From Octopus vulgaris (lineage: Eukaryota), in the NCBI GenBank assembly GCA_951406725.2, contig OX597828.1:75392001-75456000 (forward strand): a stretch of DNA of 64,000 nucleotides. Reading direction: 5' to 3'. The notes beneath the pieces are model-generated. The model ran no database searches, was not told the origin of the DNA, and saw only the letters and a list, made by a program, of their open reading frames with translations. How positions within the stretch are numbered: the stretch's first letter is position 1; each line of letters starts with the position of its first letter. Made by a program: the position numbers and the translations under genes. Positions 12,991 to 25,657 of the stretch are shown here, piece after piece.

Positions 12991-13231
12991 TTAAACAGCT
13001 ATCCCGCCATAAATCCTAGGATAATCAACAGAAGCCGCCATTCCACACTAATGAAATCTTTGACAGGAATTCTGTCTCAAGTACAATATTAGAATTAACA
13101 TGGCCATGAGGTTGTTCTGATGCTTTGTGGAATTCAAACAATAATGGTTTCTCGGTGCTGCCAGAGAGCACCATGCTCGAATTTCATTTCGTTTTTCCGA
13201 AATCAATCAGAAGTAGCGAAAAACGAAAACT

Positions 13232-13384
13232 TGGCTGTTTGGTAAAAAGTTTGCTTCCTAACCACATGGTTCCGGTTTCAGTCCCACTGCGTGACACCCT
13301 AGGCGAGTGTCTTGTACTATGATCACTGACCAACCAAAGCCTTGTGAGTGGATTTGGTAGATGGATGACTGAAAGAAACCCGTC

Positions 13385-13415
<31 letters not shown>

Positions 13416-13428
13416 TGTGTGTGTGTGT

Positions 13429-13460
<32 letters not shown>

Positions 13461-13640
13461 CCCACCACCACTTTATAACCGGAGCTGGTGTGTTTACATT
13501 CCTGTAACGTCGCGATTCGGCCTAAGTAACCGACAGAACACGTACCAGGCTTAGAGAATAGAAGCACTGGGGTTAATTCGTTCGGCTTAAGCTCTCGAAG
13601 GCAGTGCCCCGGCATGGGCGCAGTCTAATGACCGAAACAA
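13232..13640 (+). mobile_element. SINE family A, older diverged copy
   Basis: tggctgtttggtaaaaagtttgcttcctaaccacatggttccggtttcagtcccactgcg...gcagtgccccggcatgggcgcagtctaatgaccgaaacaa. Confidence 0.88.
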
Positions 13641-14354
13641 ATTTCAGAAAATACAATTGACTTATCTTCTGTGTTGATTCCCAAACCGGTGTTTACCAAT
13701 TTACAAAACTGCTCTCTCCATGAGGTCAAATTCGACACCATGGGGTTGTAGCTTATTTCCTCTCCATCATTTCTGTTCATGTCCTATCGTAGTTAGGGGT
13801 CATGAATATCTGGAATGCCGATATACTAAGATAAATATCACCTGTTTTTGAAATGAAGAACAAAACCTCTGGTATTGAGCGTGCGTGCATGTGTGAGTGT
13901 AGGTGTGCGTGTGTATGTGCATATATATATACATGTGTGTGTGTATGTGTGCATATATATATACATGTGTGTGTGTATATATGTGTGAGAGAGGAATAAT
14001 GTGTGTGTATTTATATATATACATATTTATGCGTGTGAGTGTGTATCGTATTATTCGTTGCTTTTGTTGTTGCTTCTCTCTTCCATTCTCTTTAAACCTG
14101 TTAGCGTCTGCATTCCCATATCTAGAAACATACACACATATACATACATACATACAGACAGACAGACAGACAGGCAGATAGGCACACGTGATTGATTTAC
14201 TTTTATTGGTAAAGTGTTTTGGCACTGACAGTCATCTGTTCTCCACTTTTATTTCTACAAGACAAAACTGACGCAGGAGATATCGAATATGGCTTGTTTC
14301 ATATACCTTGTGTGAGAAACGATAGCCATCAAATTAAAGAACCGGCAGAGAAAA

Positions 14355-14432
<78 letters not shown>

Positions 14433-14498
14433 ATACATACATACATCCATCCATACATACATACATACATGCTGCACACACACATACACACATATATA

Positions 14499-16101
14499 CA
14501 GTATCTCACAGAAGTATGTACACCACTAAAAAATTTCAGTAAAATTGCCATTACTCTGATAATATCGAAGGAGATCAAACGAAATTTATGCTGAATATAA
14601 TATATTATAGATGCAAACATTATACAAATTTGGAACAGAAAACAATAAAGATTTTCTAAAATATGAACGAACTATTAAACGTCACAAAAATATGTACACC
14701 CTAAAAGAAATTTGGTATATTCAATATTTTCTCCACTTTTTAAACTAAATTCAGATATTGCTGATAATTTCAATTCTAATAAATTATTTCTCCTGGCATT
14801 TTTGCGCCGGTCATTGGTTATTGCATCTGCAGGAATTCTAATCTGTGGACCGTGGTGAAAATCTTCTTCATTGTGATTAAAATGGCACCAAAAAGGAAAA
14901 GAATTGTCTGAAGATTTGAAGAAAATTATTTTTAATTTGCACAGAAATGGTTTAGGATGCAAGTTAATTAGCAAACGAAAACATATTAGTTGCCAAAGTA
15001 ATTCAGAAGTACAAAGCTAATGGATGGCTAAGCAATAAACATTGTCCAAGTCGTCCTTCTATTTTAACTGCGCGTGATATTCGCCACACCCAACGTTGCG
15101 TGATGGACGACAGGCGTCGTACCGCTTCGGCTCTGACCCAAGAAGTGTCTTCTGTTAGTGGAAAGAATGTATCCGCCCAAACAGTTCGCCGAAGTTCGAA
15201 CCAGTGTGGTCTTCATGGATGCAATCCTCGTAGGAAGACTCTCCTCACTACCAGGCATAAATCAAGTTGTCTTTCTTTTGACGAAACCTATGTAAGTAAG
15301 AGGAAGGAGTTTTGGAATGAATTTCGTTTTTTTTGACGAGACTAAGATCAACTTGTTTGGGTCAGATGGTATTAAACGAGAATAGTATTAAACGACCAGG
15401 TGAAGATAATAGCGAGAGATGCACCGTGGCTACCGTGAAACACGGCGACAGAAGTGTTATGTTTTGGTTGCGGCTGGTGTGCGAGGACTCACGTTTATTG
15501 AGAGAACAATGGGTTGGAGGCTTTATTCCGACATATTGCAGAAAACAATGTTGAAAAGCATCAAGGAACTACGAAGACATTCCATGTTCCAACATTATTA
15601 TGACCCTAAACACACTTCAAAGGTGACAACTAAGATTTTAACAGATAAAAAGGCCATGGTATTGCCTTGGCATACCATGTCACCTGAATTAAAACTCAAC
15701 AGAACATCTGTGGGGTGTTTTGAAAAGGAAGGTTAAGGAAAAAAAAACCCCGCAATGTAACACAGTTGAAAGACATAATTCTGGATGAATGGAGGTCGAT
15801 TTCATCGCTTATATACGGATATTTAGTCGACTCTATGGCCAGAAGACTTAATGCAGTCATTGACAGTCACATCAGATATTGAATATAGTAAAAATGATCA
15901 TCCTTTAGGGTATACATATTTTTGCAGCGTTTGAAAATTAATATTTCATTCATATCTTTAAAAATGTTTATTGTTTTATGTACAAAATTTCTATGTTTGC
16001 ATCTATAATATATTATAATTCAGCATAAATTTCGTCTGATTTCCTTCGATATTATCAGAGTAATGGCAATTTTACTGAAATTTTTTAGTGGTGTACATAC
16101 C

Positions 16102-16106
<5 letters not shown>
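14499..16106 (+). mobile_element. Tc1-family (DD34E) DNA transposon with ~210-bp IR/DR-type TIRs, non-functional
   Basis: Left TIR 14499-~14710 (TA|cagtatctcacagaagtatgtacaccactaaaaaatttcagtaaaattgccattactctgataatatcgaagg...) is the reverse complement of ~15901-16106. Each TIR has outer and inner direct repeats (cacagaagtatgtacacc / cacaaaaatatgtacacc). Confidence 0.95.
14882..15882 (+). pseudogene. Frameshifted Tc1 transposase
   Basis: MAPK/GKELSEDLKKIIFNLHRNGLG..., SAQTVRR...GLHGCNPRRKTLL, FDETKINLFGSDG, TVKHGDRSVMFW, FQHYYDPKHTSK, WHTMSPEL, RRLNAVI; several frameshifts and stops. Confidence 0.92.
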
Positions 16107-16156
<50 letters not shown>

Positions 16157-16589
16157 CATATATACATAATTTTATATACATATATACATACATGTGTGTG
16201 TATACAATCAGAAATGTCCGGGAGCTCTTGTAGTAATTACTACCAAAATTTGGTTTCAATTCTACAAAGAAGGGAACATGTCACGATTTGCAAGCTACAA
16301 AAAATATGCACCTTTTTTTTCTCGACTGAAGACAGAACACTGTAATATAGCCTGGATATCAAAGGGCTAAAAATAAACCACAAAGAATATACGTGGAGTA
16401 AATGCCAAAATGTTAAAGGAGGAATCCGACAAACAGTTGTGTACAATTCCTGACAAACTGATGACGATAAGAGAAAGAAATGATGGATGCAGCTTCGACT
16501 CCAGTTTCCCTAGTTCAGTAAATAGTGAACACTAAGAAGAAAAGATGTGATGACGTTGGCCCAGTTGGGCTACAACCAGATCGCTGAAA

Positions 16590-17190
16590 CCAATAAAAAG
16601 AAGTGTATATATATTTACCCATGGTCATGAATGTTGGGTAATGTTGGAAAGAGTCTGGTCGCCAATGTAAGAGGTCGAAATGAGGTTCCCCCAAAGGGTC
16701 TCTGGAGTAACGTTACTCGACAAGGGGAGTAACTCAGAGATTAATGAGTCTCCAGGTCGTGTTGTTACTTCGCCGCATTAAGAGGCCACAGTTCTGGTAC
16801 TACGGAATAGAATGCCACAAGAAGCGATTGCAAGACGTAGGGATATGCCAGGAACGAGACGGTTGGATAATATCTCTTGTTTCAGTTGGTAGCGCTTCGG
16901 AATCCAAGCGGAAAGTATAATGAGAGTTGCATCTAACAGGACCATTCCCCTACGACCCCCACCTCCAGCAAAATTACATACAAACAGATATTTGCGTGTG
17001 TTTATATTTGCCTTCGAAACGTGGAGTAGTTGAAACCGGGACGACTGAAGAAGGGGAATATTCTTTACGTTGTATGTCTCGTTTCTGTTTTTTGTTGTTG
17101 TTCCAATGTTTCTATGATTTTGTTTATATGTTTTCGTTTCTCATTGTGTTCAACATTTTTTTTGATGTCCTGTACCCATAATTGCATGTA
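16590..17190. mobile_element. Possible decayed Penelope-like fragment (minus strand) followed by a pseudo-LTR-like segment (plus strand)
   Basis: Weak PLE-like peptide traces on the minus strand, and gccttcgaaacgtggagtag...gactgaagaagggg followed by a T-rich tail on the plus strand; weak similarity only. Confidence 0.3.
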
Positions 17191-17217
17191 TATATACATA
17201 TATATGTAGGTATGTAC

Positions 17218-17282
<65 letters not shown>

Positions 17283-17335
17283 GGCCCACGAAAGCCAGGC
17301 AATTGTAATACCTTGATAATATTCAAAAGAGTAAA

Positions 17336-17547
17336 GTCGGTGAACCGGCAGAGTCGTTTGAACGCCGGACAAAATGTTTAGCGGCATATCGTCCGTCGTT
17401 GCGTCTGGAGTTAAAATTTTACCGAGGTCGACATTGCCTTTCATCCTTTCGGGATCGATTAAATAAAAACCAGTGGAATACTAGGATCGATGTAATTGAT
17501 TAGTCCCCTCCCCCAAAATTTCAGGCCTTGTGCCTATAGTAGAAAGG
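17336..17547 (+). mobile_element. SINE family B with (ATT)n tail
   Basis: ggcagagtcgtttgaacgccggacaaaatg...gaggtcgacattgcctttcatcctttcggg...caggccttgtgcctatagtagaaagg followed by (ATT)n. Confidence 0.88.
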
Positions 17548-18391
<844 letters not shown>

Positions 18392-18424
18392 TTATTATTA
18401 TTATTATCATTATTATTATTATTA

Positions 18425-18465
<41 letters not shown>

Positions 18466-18466
18466 T

Positions 18467-18652
18467 AGGGAAGCTGGCAGGATCGTTAGCACGCCGGGAA
18501 AAATGCTTAGTGGTATATCGTCTATCTTTACGTTCTGAGTTCAAATTCCACCAAGGTCGACTTTGTCTTTCATCCTTTTATGGTCAATAAAATAAATACC
18601 AGTGAAGCACTGGGGTCGAAATTGCTGGCTTTATGCCAAAATATGAAACCGA
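18467..18652 (+). mobile_element. SINE family B
   Basis: agctggcaggatcgttagcacgccgggaaaaatgcttag...gagttcaaattccaccaaggtcgactttgtctttcatcctt; starts right after (ATT)n. Confidence 0.88.
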
Positions 18653-18697
18653 TATTTAAGAGAAGAAGAGATGGCGGTAGAGAGAGAGAGAGAAACG

Positions 18698-18773
<76 letters not shown>

Positions 18774-19479
18774 CCGATACTTCGGAACTATACAATGATG
18801 TCTTGCTCGGTGAGTTCTCTAGTTTTTATTCTTGTCCAGGACATTTTGGATGCAGGTGTCGGCATTTCGTTCATTCCATATCCATATACACATGCACATA
18901 TAATATATAATGTGTGTGTGTGTGTGTGTTCGTACATATATACTTCTCGGAGCGTGAGAGAATGGATGAGGAGAAAGAGAGATAGAGAGAGATAAAGCGA
19001 AAAAGAGGGAAAGAGCAATAGCTAGCCAGCTAGATAAATCGATTGATAGACAGACGGATATCTTGAAATGCTTAAAGGAAGAAGTTGTGGAAAGTAGTGC
19101 CACAATAAGACAAAACCTAATCGATTAGGGTTTAATTGTGATCGAAATGACCGTGTCTGCTGTGTTAGTTCCCCGAGGCCAAGGAATGGTGATCACAATG
19201 AATATAGCTATGACGAGACACACGAGGATAAATAGAGGTAATAAGGACATTCATTAAATACTGTGCTACCTTAAAGATAGAAACGATAGACAGAGAGACT
19301 ATGGCAGTGCGAAACAATACGTTAGAGATTTCTCATTATATTTACAAGCGGAGAAACAGGAAAATATGAACACACATCATACATACGAATGTTGATACAC
19401 GGATGCAGATAGGCACTTTTATATGAGTTGCATATACACATATAAGTATAAAACGTATATATACATATATAAATATTTA

Positions 19480-19533
<54 letters not shown>

Positions 19534-19633
19534 CATAAAAGTAGATAAATGGTACAACTAGGCACCAATAATGTTATCCTTATGGGCTATCTTTTACTGG
19601 AAAGTAATACATTCGTATTGCATTATTATTTTC

Positions 19634-19675
<42 letters not shown>

Positions 19676-19863
19676 GCAGGAGTGGTTGTGCAGTAAGTAG
19701 CTTGCTTAGTGACTCCATGGTTCCGGGTTCAATACCACTGTGTGGCACCTTGAGAAAGTGTCTTCTAATATAGTCTCGGGCTGACCGAGACCTTGTTAGT
19801 GGATTTCGTTGACGGAAACTGAAAGAAGCCCGTCGTATATATGTATATGTATATATATATATG

Positions 19864-19938
<75 letters not shown>

Positions 19939-20141
19939 GTATGTGCGCTTGTATCTGCTTGTCCACCCACTATCGCTTGACAACCGATGTTGGTGTGTTT
20001 ACGTCCCGGTAACTAAGCACTTCAGAAAAAGAGAACGATAGGATAAGTACTAGGCTTACAAAGAATAAATCCTGGGGTCGATTCATCCGACTAAAAATTC
20101 AAGGCGTTGCCCCAGCATGGACGTAAAGGATAAAAGATGAA
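19676..20141 (+). mobile_element. SINE family A
   Basis: gcaggagtggttgtgcagtaagtagcttgc...ggttccgggttcaataccactgtgtggcaccttgagaaagtgtcttc...internal (TA)n(TG)n...aaggcgttgccccagcatgg. Confidence 0.9.
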
Positions 20142-20287
20142 ATATATATATATATATATATTTCCAACTATATATAGTTACGTATTCTTTCTAATTTTGG
20201 CAAACTGCTAGAATATATAGTTACATAAATATATAACTATATATGTGTGTATACACATACACACACGTAAATATAAAAATTATATGA

Positions 20288-20338
<51 letters not shown>

Positions 20339-20375
20339 GTAAATAGAAAGATGAATAATCAGGATATATATATTA

Positions 20376-20408
<33 letters not shown>

Positions 20409-20431
20409 CGATATATATATATATATATATA

Positions 20432-20473
<42 letters not shown>

Positions 20474-20650
20474 TGTGCGATACTTTTGTTGATCTCCAAC
20501 GCAGGTGATATAACCAGCAGAATATATTCGCAGATGGAATGTTAGCCACACGATCTGCTTCGAATGGATTCAAGGCCCAGATGGCGCTGTTACACCGAAC
20601 GACGAATTACATCTCTATGATTCACACAGTTCAATAATAATGATAATAAT

Positions 20651-20864
20651 CCTTTCTACTAAAGGCACAAGGTCTGAAATTTTTAGGCAAGGGATAGTCT
20701 ATTACATCGACTCCAGTGCCTAACTGGTACTTCTTTCAGCGGTCCCCGAAATGATGAAAGGCAAAGTCAACCTCGACGCAATTTAAACTCAGAACGGAAG
20801 GACGGACGAACTGTCACTAAGCATTTCTCCCGGCGTGTTTACGATTCTGCTAGCTCGCTGCCTT
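20651..20864 (-). mobile_element. SINE family B
   Basis: cctttctactaaaggcacaagg...gatgaaaggcaaagtcaacctcg...ttctgctagctcgctgcc, preceded by a short (AAT)n. Confidence 0.87.
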
Positions 20865-23217
20865 TGGAAACATTACTGACAGCAGAATGGTTTACCAAAT
20901 AAATAAAGAAGAAATTTGGTTTAGAAAAATGTGCCAAAGCAATCCTGAAAAAGGAAAATTAGTTCAGAGTAGCAACATTACACTAGATAAAGCAAATGAA
21001 ATAAGAGAATTAGACCAAAGCCAGATATACAAATACTTAGGAATCAATGAACTAGATACGATACAGCAGACTCAAATGAAAGAAGATAAAAATGGAATAC
21101 TATAGACGAGTTAGATTAATACTAAAAATAGAGCTCAATGCGAAAAACACGATAATAAGTATCAACACGCTAGACGTCCCAGTTATAAGTTACAGTTACA
21201 ATATTCTTAACTGGACTCTAAATGAACTAATCAAAATAGACAGGAAAACAAAAAAAATAATGACTGGATTTAGGATGCACCACCCAAAATCTGACATAGA
21301 AAGGTTATATATACAACGTATAGAAGGTGGTAGAGGCCTTATACAGCTAGAAAACTATTACAAAATAACCATTATAGGACTACAGAAATACCTACTTCAG
21401 AAGCAAGGAAAACTGATACAAATAGCCATAAAAACACGAACAAAACAAAAAACTGTTTTCTGTCTTTAAAGAAGCTAACAAATACAAAAAAGAAGCCATA
21501 GTACCTAACAACTATTAAGAAAAAGAAGAAACATCAAAAGCTGTAAAAAACTGGAACGGATCATGATAAAACGATGACAAGAAAAGCCCGTTCATTGCAA
21601 ACTAAACAGAAAAGAAATAGACAATGTAATGTTCAAACAATGGCTGAGAATCTCAGGACTCAAAGCAGAGACTGAAAGATTTTTAATTGCAGCACAAGAT
21701 CAAAGCCTCCCCACCAGAAATTACCAAAACATGCAATGAAAAGAGATACAAGTAACTGCAGAATATGTGGAGATGGAGAAGAAACAATAAATCATATCGT
21801 CCCTGGCCGCGCAGTCCTGGCTAAGAAGGAATATTCTGACACGACTGAGTTGGGACCTATATACACTGGAAGCTATGCCGACCCTATGGAATGACAACAG
21901 AAAAAATATGGTACAGGCAGACGCCAGAATAGGTAAAAGAAAATGAGAAAGCAACTCGGGGATATGTTAATAGAAATAGAGAAATTAAGGCCAATAGACC
22001 GGATATAGTTGTCAGAGATCACCAAGCAAAAAATGCTTTCTAATCGATGTATCAATACCAACAGATGACAATGTTTCTCTAAAAGTGACGGAGAAACTTT
22101 CAAAATACAAATAGGTAACTAAAATGTAGAGCTGTTGTGGCGGACGCCTCCAGGTGAGAAGTGAGCGGGTCCGTTACTAATAAATAGTGGACAAACTCAG
22201 TAAGTAGTGTCAGTCGGTGAGAAACGCTGTTCAGGCCAGTCACGCAGACGACGAAGTTACGTTATCATAATGCGGAATATAGTGGTGACGAGGATTCGGA
22301 GCTCACGCAGTGGAAAAATGTTACAAATCCCGAGGTGGGATTTGAACTTCACACAGTGAAAAGTAAACTACACACAGTGAAAATATATAAAAAAAATTCT
22401 GAAGAAAAAATGTCTGAGAAAACTTGAACTCCAACACAGAATTGAACTATACACAGTGAAAAATAATATACACACAGTAAAAAATAATATACACTCAGTG
22501 AAAAAGTATATAAAAAAGATTCTGAAGAAAAAGTGTCAGATAAAATTGAAACTAACACAGAACTGAACAACACACAGTGAAAAATAATATAAGTCCGTTC
22601 AAAGTATTTAAGTAAGGTCGCTATATGTAGCAGCGATACCAGTAAACAATGTAGACTGGTACTACCTGCGGCATTTTGAAGAAAAATATATATAATTCTG
22701 TGTGGAACAAGAAAAAAATCTAAATAAGAAGAGAAAAATAATTCTGGTTAGAAGAAAAAGAAATGAAAAAGATATGTTGTGTTGAAAGAAGAGAAGAAAA
22801 TCTCAAGGTGGTGGTGTTGTGGCAGACGCCCGCAGGTGAGAATTGGGCGGGTCCACTACTAATACATAGTGGACAAACTCAGTAAGTAGTGTCAATCAGT
22901 GAGGTACGCTGTTCAAGCCAGTTACGCAGAAAACGAAGTTTCGTCATCATAATGCGGGACATAGGAGCCTAAAAACAAACAATTCCTATGATAGTGGATG
23001 CATTAGTTGTGATAAAAAATATTCAGACAAATACATAACAAAAACACCAGGACTTACATACAGAAAATAGCACTACTAGGTACTGTACATATCCTACGTA
23101 AAACACTTTCTATACAGTGAAAATAAGAGCATCACAACAAACCACAGCATATATCCAAAGCACACAGGGTTGCGCTCGATAGTGCAGTGAAAGCAGTGAT
23201 AAAAATAAGACTACTGA
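20865..23217 (+). mobile_element. Decayed 5'-truncated R4/Dong-like non-LTR retrotransposon (RT end, CCHC finger, RLE), interrupted by a TRIM-like element
   Basis: Frameshifted peptides FGLEKCAK, YKYLGI, IDRKTKKIMTGFRMHHPKSDIERLYIQRIEGGRGL, LIAAQDQSLPTRNY, CRICGDGEETINHIV, NRPDIVV...LIDVSIP...EKLSKYK. After the insertion it resumes as QKIALLGTVHILRKTLSIQ*, then a 3' UTR and an (AAT)n tail. Confidence 0.92.
22133..22963 (+). mobile_element. Non-autonomous miniature LTR retrotransposon (TRIM-like), 831 bp
   Basis: Two ungapped 149-bp direct repeats (22133-22281, 22815-22963; about 20 mismatches by eye) starting TGTTG. PBS tggtgacgaggat at 22283-22295; purine-rich tract before the 3' repeat; TSD agagc/ggagc; non-coding interior. 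Confidence 0.9.
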
Positions 23218-23274
23218 ATGATAATAATAATATTAATAATAATAATAATAATAATAATGATGATAATAATAATG

Positions 23275-23317
<43 letters not shown>

Positions 23318-23403
23318 CAATAATAATAATAATAACTATAATAACAACAATAATAACAACAATAACAACAACAATTAATAATAATAATAATAATAATAAT
23401 AAT
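23217..23403. repeat. (AAT)n/(AAC)n microsatellite (tail/target of the R4-like element)
   Basis: Direct reading. Confidence 0.97.
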
Positions 23404-23957
23404 GCCCTGATGCAGTACCAGGCAGTGGCTCTCATGGCTTCTGATCTTAACTGATTGGAAGTGTTATCATGTACATTGTTTTGTCTTTGTATAAAAGATG
23501 GGCTACAGCAAATATTCTGCTCAATACCACAGATTTGCTTGTCAGTTGTTTGACCTTAACCAGTTGAGCATGTCCCTTAGTGGCTGACGATATGTGCATC
23601 TCTGATCACGAGCAGAAGTAGTGGGGGAGCATCATAGCCATGTGTTGAGAGGGATTCTCTGGGGTTTGAATGATGCATCTCTGGAATCATAGGTGTTTCA
23701 TTAAACATCCTTAAACAACCCTTAATCAGGGACCTTTTGAGTGGGATGGGTTACCCAACCAGAAGAAAATTCTAACAGGGCCCCACCCGCAAGGTCATGC
23801 GCTGTTTATCTTGTTATGAGATCACCATGTCGCGCACATATGGTTGTGATGCATGTGCCTAGTGTACCCTTATCAGACGGGTAGTCATGATGGGTATACT
23901 GGGCTTCGTATATTTTACCTCAGTGTCACTTTGATGGCATGCACTGCTCTCTCACTC
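23404..23957 (+). mobile_element. ~550-bp non-coding insertion between two (AAT)n tracts; probable 3' UTR-only copy or non-autonomous partner of an (AAT)n-targeting retroelement
   Basis: Sharply bounded, more GC-rich segment (gccctgatgcagtaccagg...gcactgctctctcactc) with (AAT)n on both sides and no ORF. The family assignment and strand are inferred. Confidence 0.6.
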
Positions 23958-24015
<58 letters not shown>

Positions 24016-24370
24016 GTGCTCTCCCGTATTCTGCATGAATACAGGATGACACTTTTATTATTTCATTGTTATTAATTCTGCAAGAATTCTGAGATATGAG
24101 AAGACTTGCTGTCACCAAAATCTCAAGACAACATCTCTGCAAATTAAGATAGCATGTAATAATTTCAATAACAATAATGATAAATATTTTCTTACAGTAT
24201 CACAGCAAGAACTACTTACAGATGAGAAAAAATAAGAGGGACAGTCAAAAATTGTCGAAGTTTAGAGTGAAGTAGGATGAAATGGCGCAGTAGTATAGAA
24301 ATGCATAAACTGTTGGCCCAAGAGTAGTACAGCCTGCTATAATTAGTAAAGGAAACTCACGCTCTCTCTC

Positions 24371-24776
24371 TTTACTCTTTTACTTGTTTCAGTCATTTGA
24401 CTGCGGCCATGCTGGAGCACCGCCTTTAATCGAGCAACTCGACCCCGGGACTTATTCTTTTGTAAGCCCAGTACTTATTCTATCAGTCTCTTTTGCCGAA
24501 CCGCTAAGTAACGGGGGTCATAAACACACGAGCATCGGTTGTCAAGCAATGCCAGGGGGACAAACACATACACACAAACACAAACACGCATACATATATA
24601 TATATATATATATATACGACGGGCTTCTTTCAATTTCCATCTACCAAATCCACTCACAAGGCTTTGGTCGGCCCGAAGCTATAGTAGAAGACACTTGCCC
24701 AAGGTGCCGCGCAGTGGGACTGAACCCGGAACCATGTGGTTGGTAAACAAGCTACTTACCACGCAGCCACTCCTGC
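24371..24776 (-). mobile_element. SINE family A, near full length
   Basis: ttttacttgtttcagtcatttgactgcggccatgctggagcaccgcc...gggactgaacccggaaccatgtggttggtaaacaagctacttaccacgcagccactcctgc. Confidence 0.93.
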
Positions 24777-25448
24777 CACTCGAGGATCACTTCTAAATCT
24801 GAATAGTAAGAGTTCTCTTCCATTCTGTTGCAAAATGACTCTTGCGCTCGAGCTATTTTCGCCTCTCTAAACCAACATTAAGCAAATTATTGGTGGATAC
24901 CATCCTTTTCACTTCCTTTCTTCATTAATCATCTTATTTCTTCATCGACTCCTTTTTTCCCCTCTCCTTCTTCCCCTCCGCCTCTTCTTTCACATTCGTC
25001 TCCAAGTGAAACTTGAAAGCAATCGATGAGGGTTAGGGTTAGGGCTTGTTTCAAGAGGAAAAGATCTATGAGCTTTCCTTTCAATGTTCGTTTCGAAATT
25101 ACTTCCAACAAAGTCTCGTCACAGGAAAATGCCAGTCTCTCCAGAACAAAGGCAACTGGCATGGAATTTTCCACAATGGACACAGATGATAGCCGGATCC
25201 GACCTACTCACGACAACAGAACTCTTTAAGCTAGTGCTAAACTAAGAACAAAACTTCAAATTTAGAGGAATGCTCACTCAATTTTCTCGAGAGTCAACAC
25301 TTGACTGGTGCGTTATTTTATCGCTCCAGTGTTAAAAGCAAAGTTACCTCCAGCGGGATTTGAACTCAAATTACAGTCAGTAAATAAATATTTTGTCCAG
25401 CATATTTATGATTTTACTAATTCGCTTGTAATATCAATGAAAAACTAA

Positions 25449-25657
25449 GGCGGCGCGCTGGCAGAATCGTTTGCACGTCAAGCAAAATGCTTAGCGGCAT
25501 TTCGTCCGTCTTTACGTTCTGAGTTCAAATTCCGCCGACGTCGACTTTGCCTTTCATCATTCCGGAGTCGACAAAACAAATACCAGTTAAACACTGGGGT
25601 CGATGAAATCGACTACCCCCCTAAAATGCTGGCCTTGTGCCAAAATTTGAAATCAAT
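25449..25657 (+). mobile_element. SINE family B (gccaaaatttgaaa-type tail)
   Basis: ggcggcgcgctggcagaatcg...gagttcaaattccgccgacgtcgactttgcctttcatc...ctggggtcgatg...ggccttgtgccaaaatttgaaatc. Confidence 0.9.

Noticed and set aside
22340-22592. CRISPR-like repeat/spacer appearance
   Set aside because: The context is eukaryotic, the 'spacers' are themselves repeated, and there are no cas genes.
25029-25045. Interstitial telomeric repeat agggttagggttaggg
   Set aside because: It has fewer than three units and is too short to support a call.
24929-25229. Overlapping ORFs, including a CVHCGKFHASC-like motif on the minus strand
   Set aside because: They are short with no recognisable domain. This may be an old retroelement scrap, but it is not supportable.
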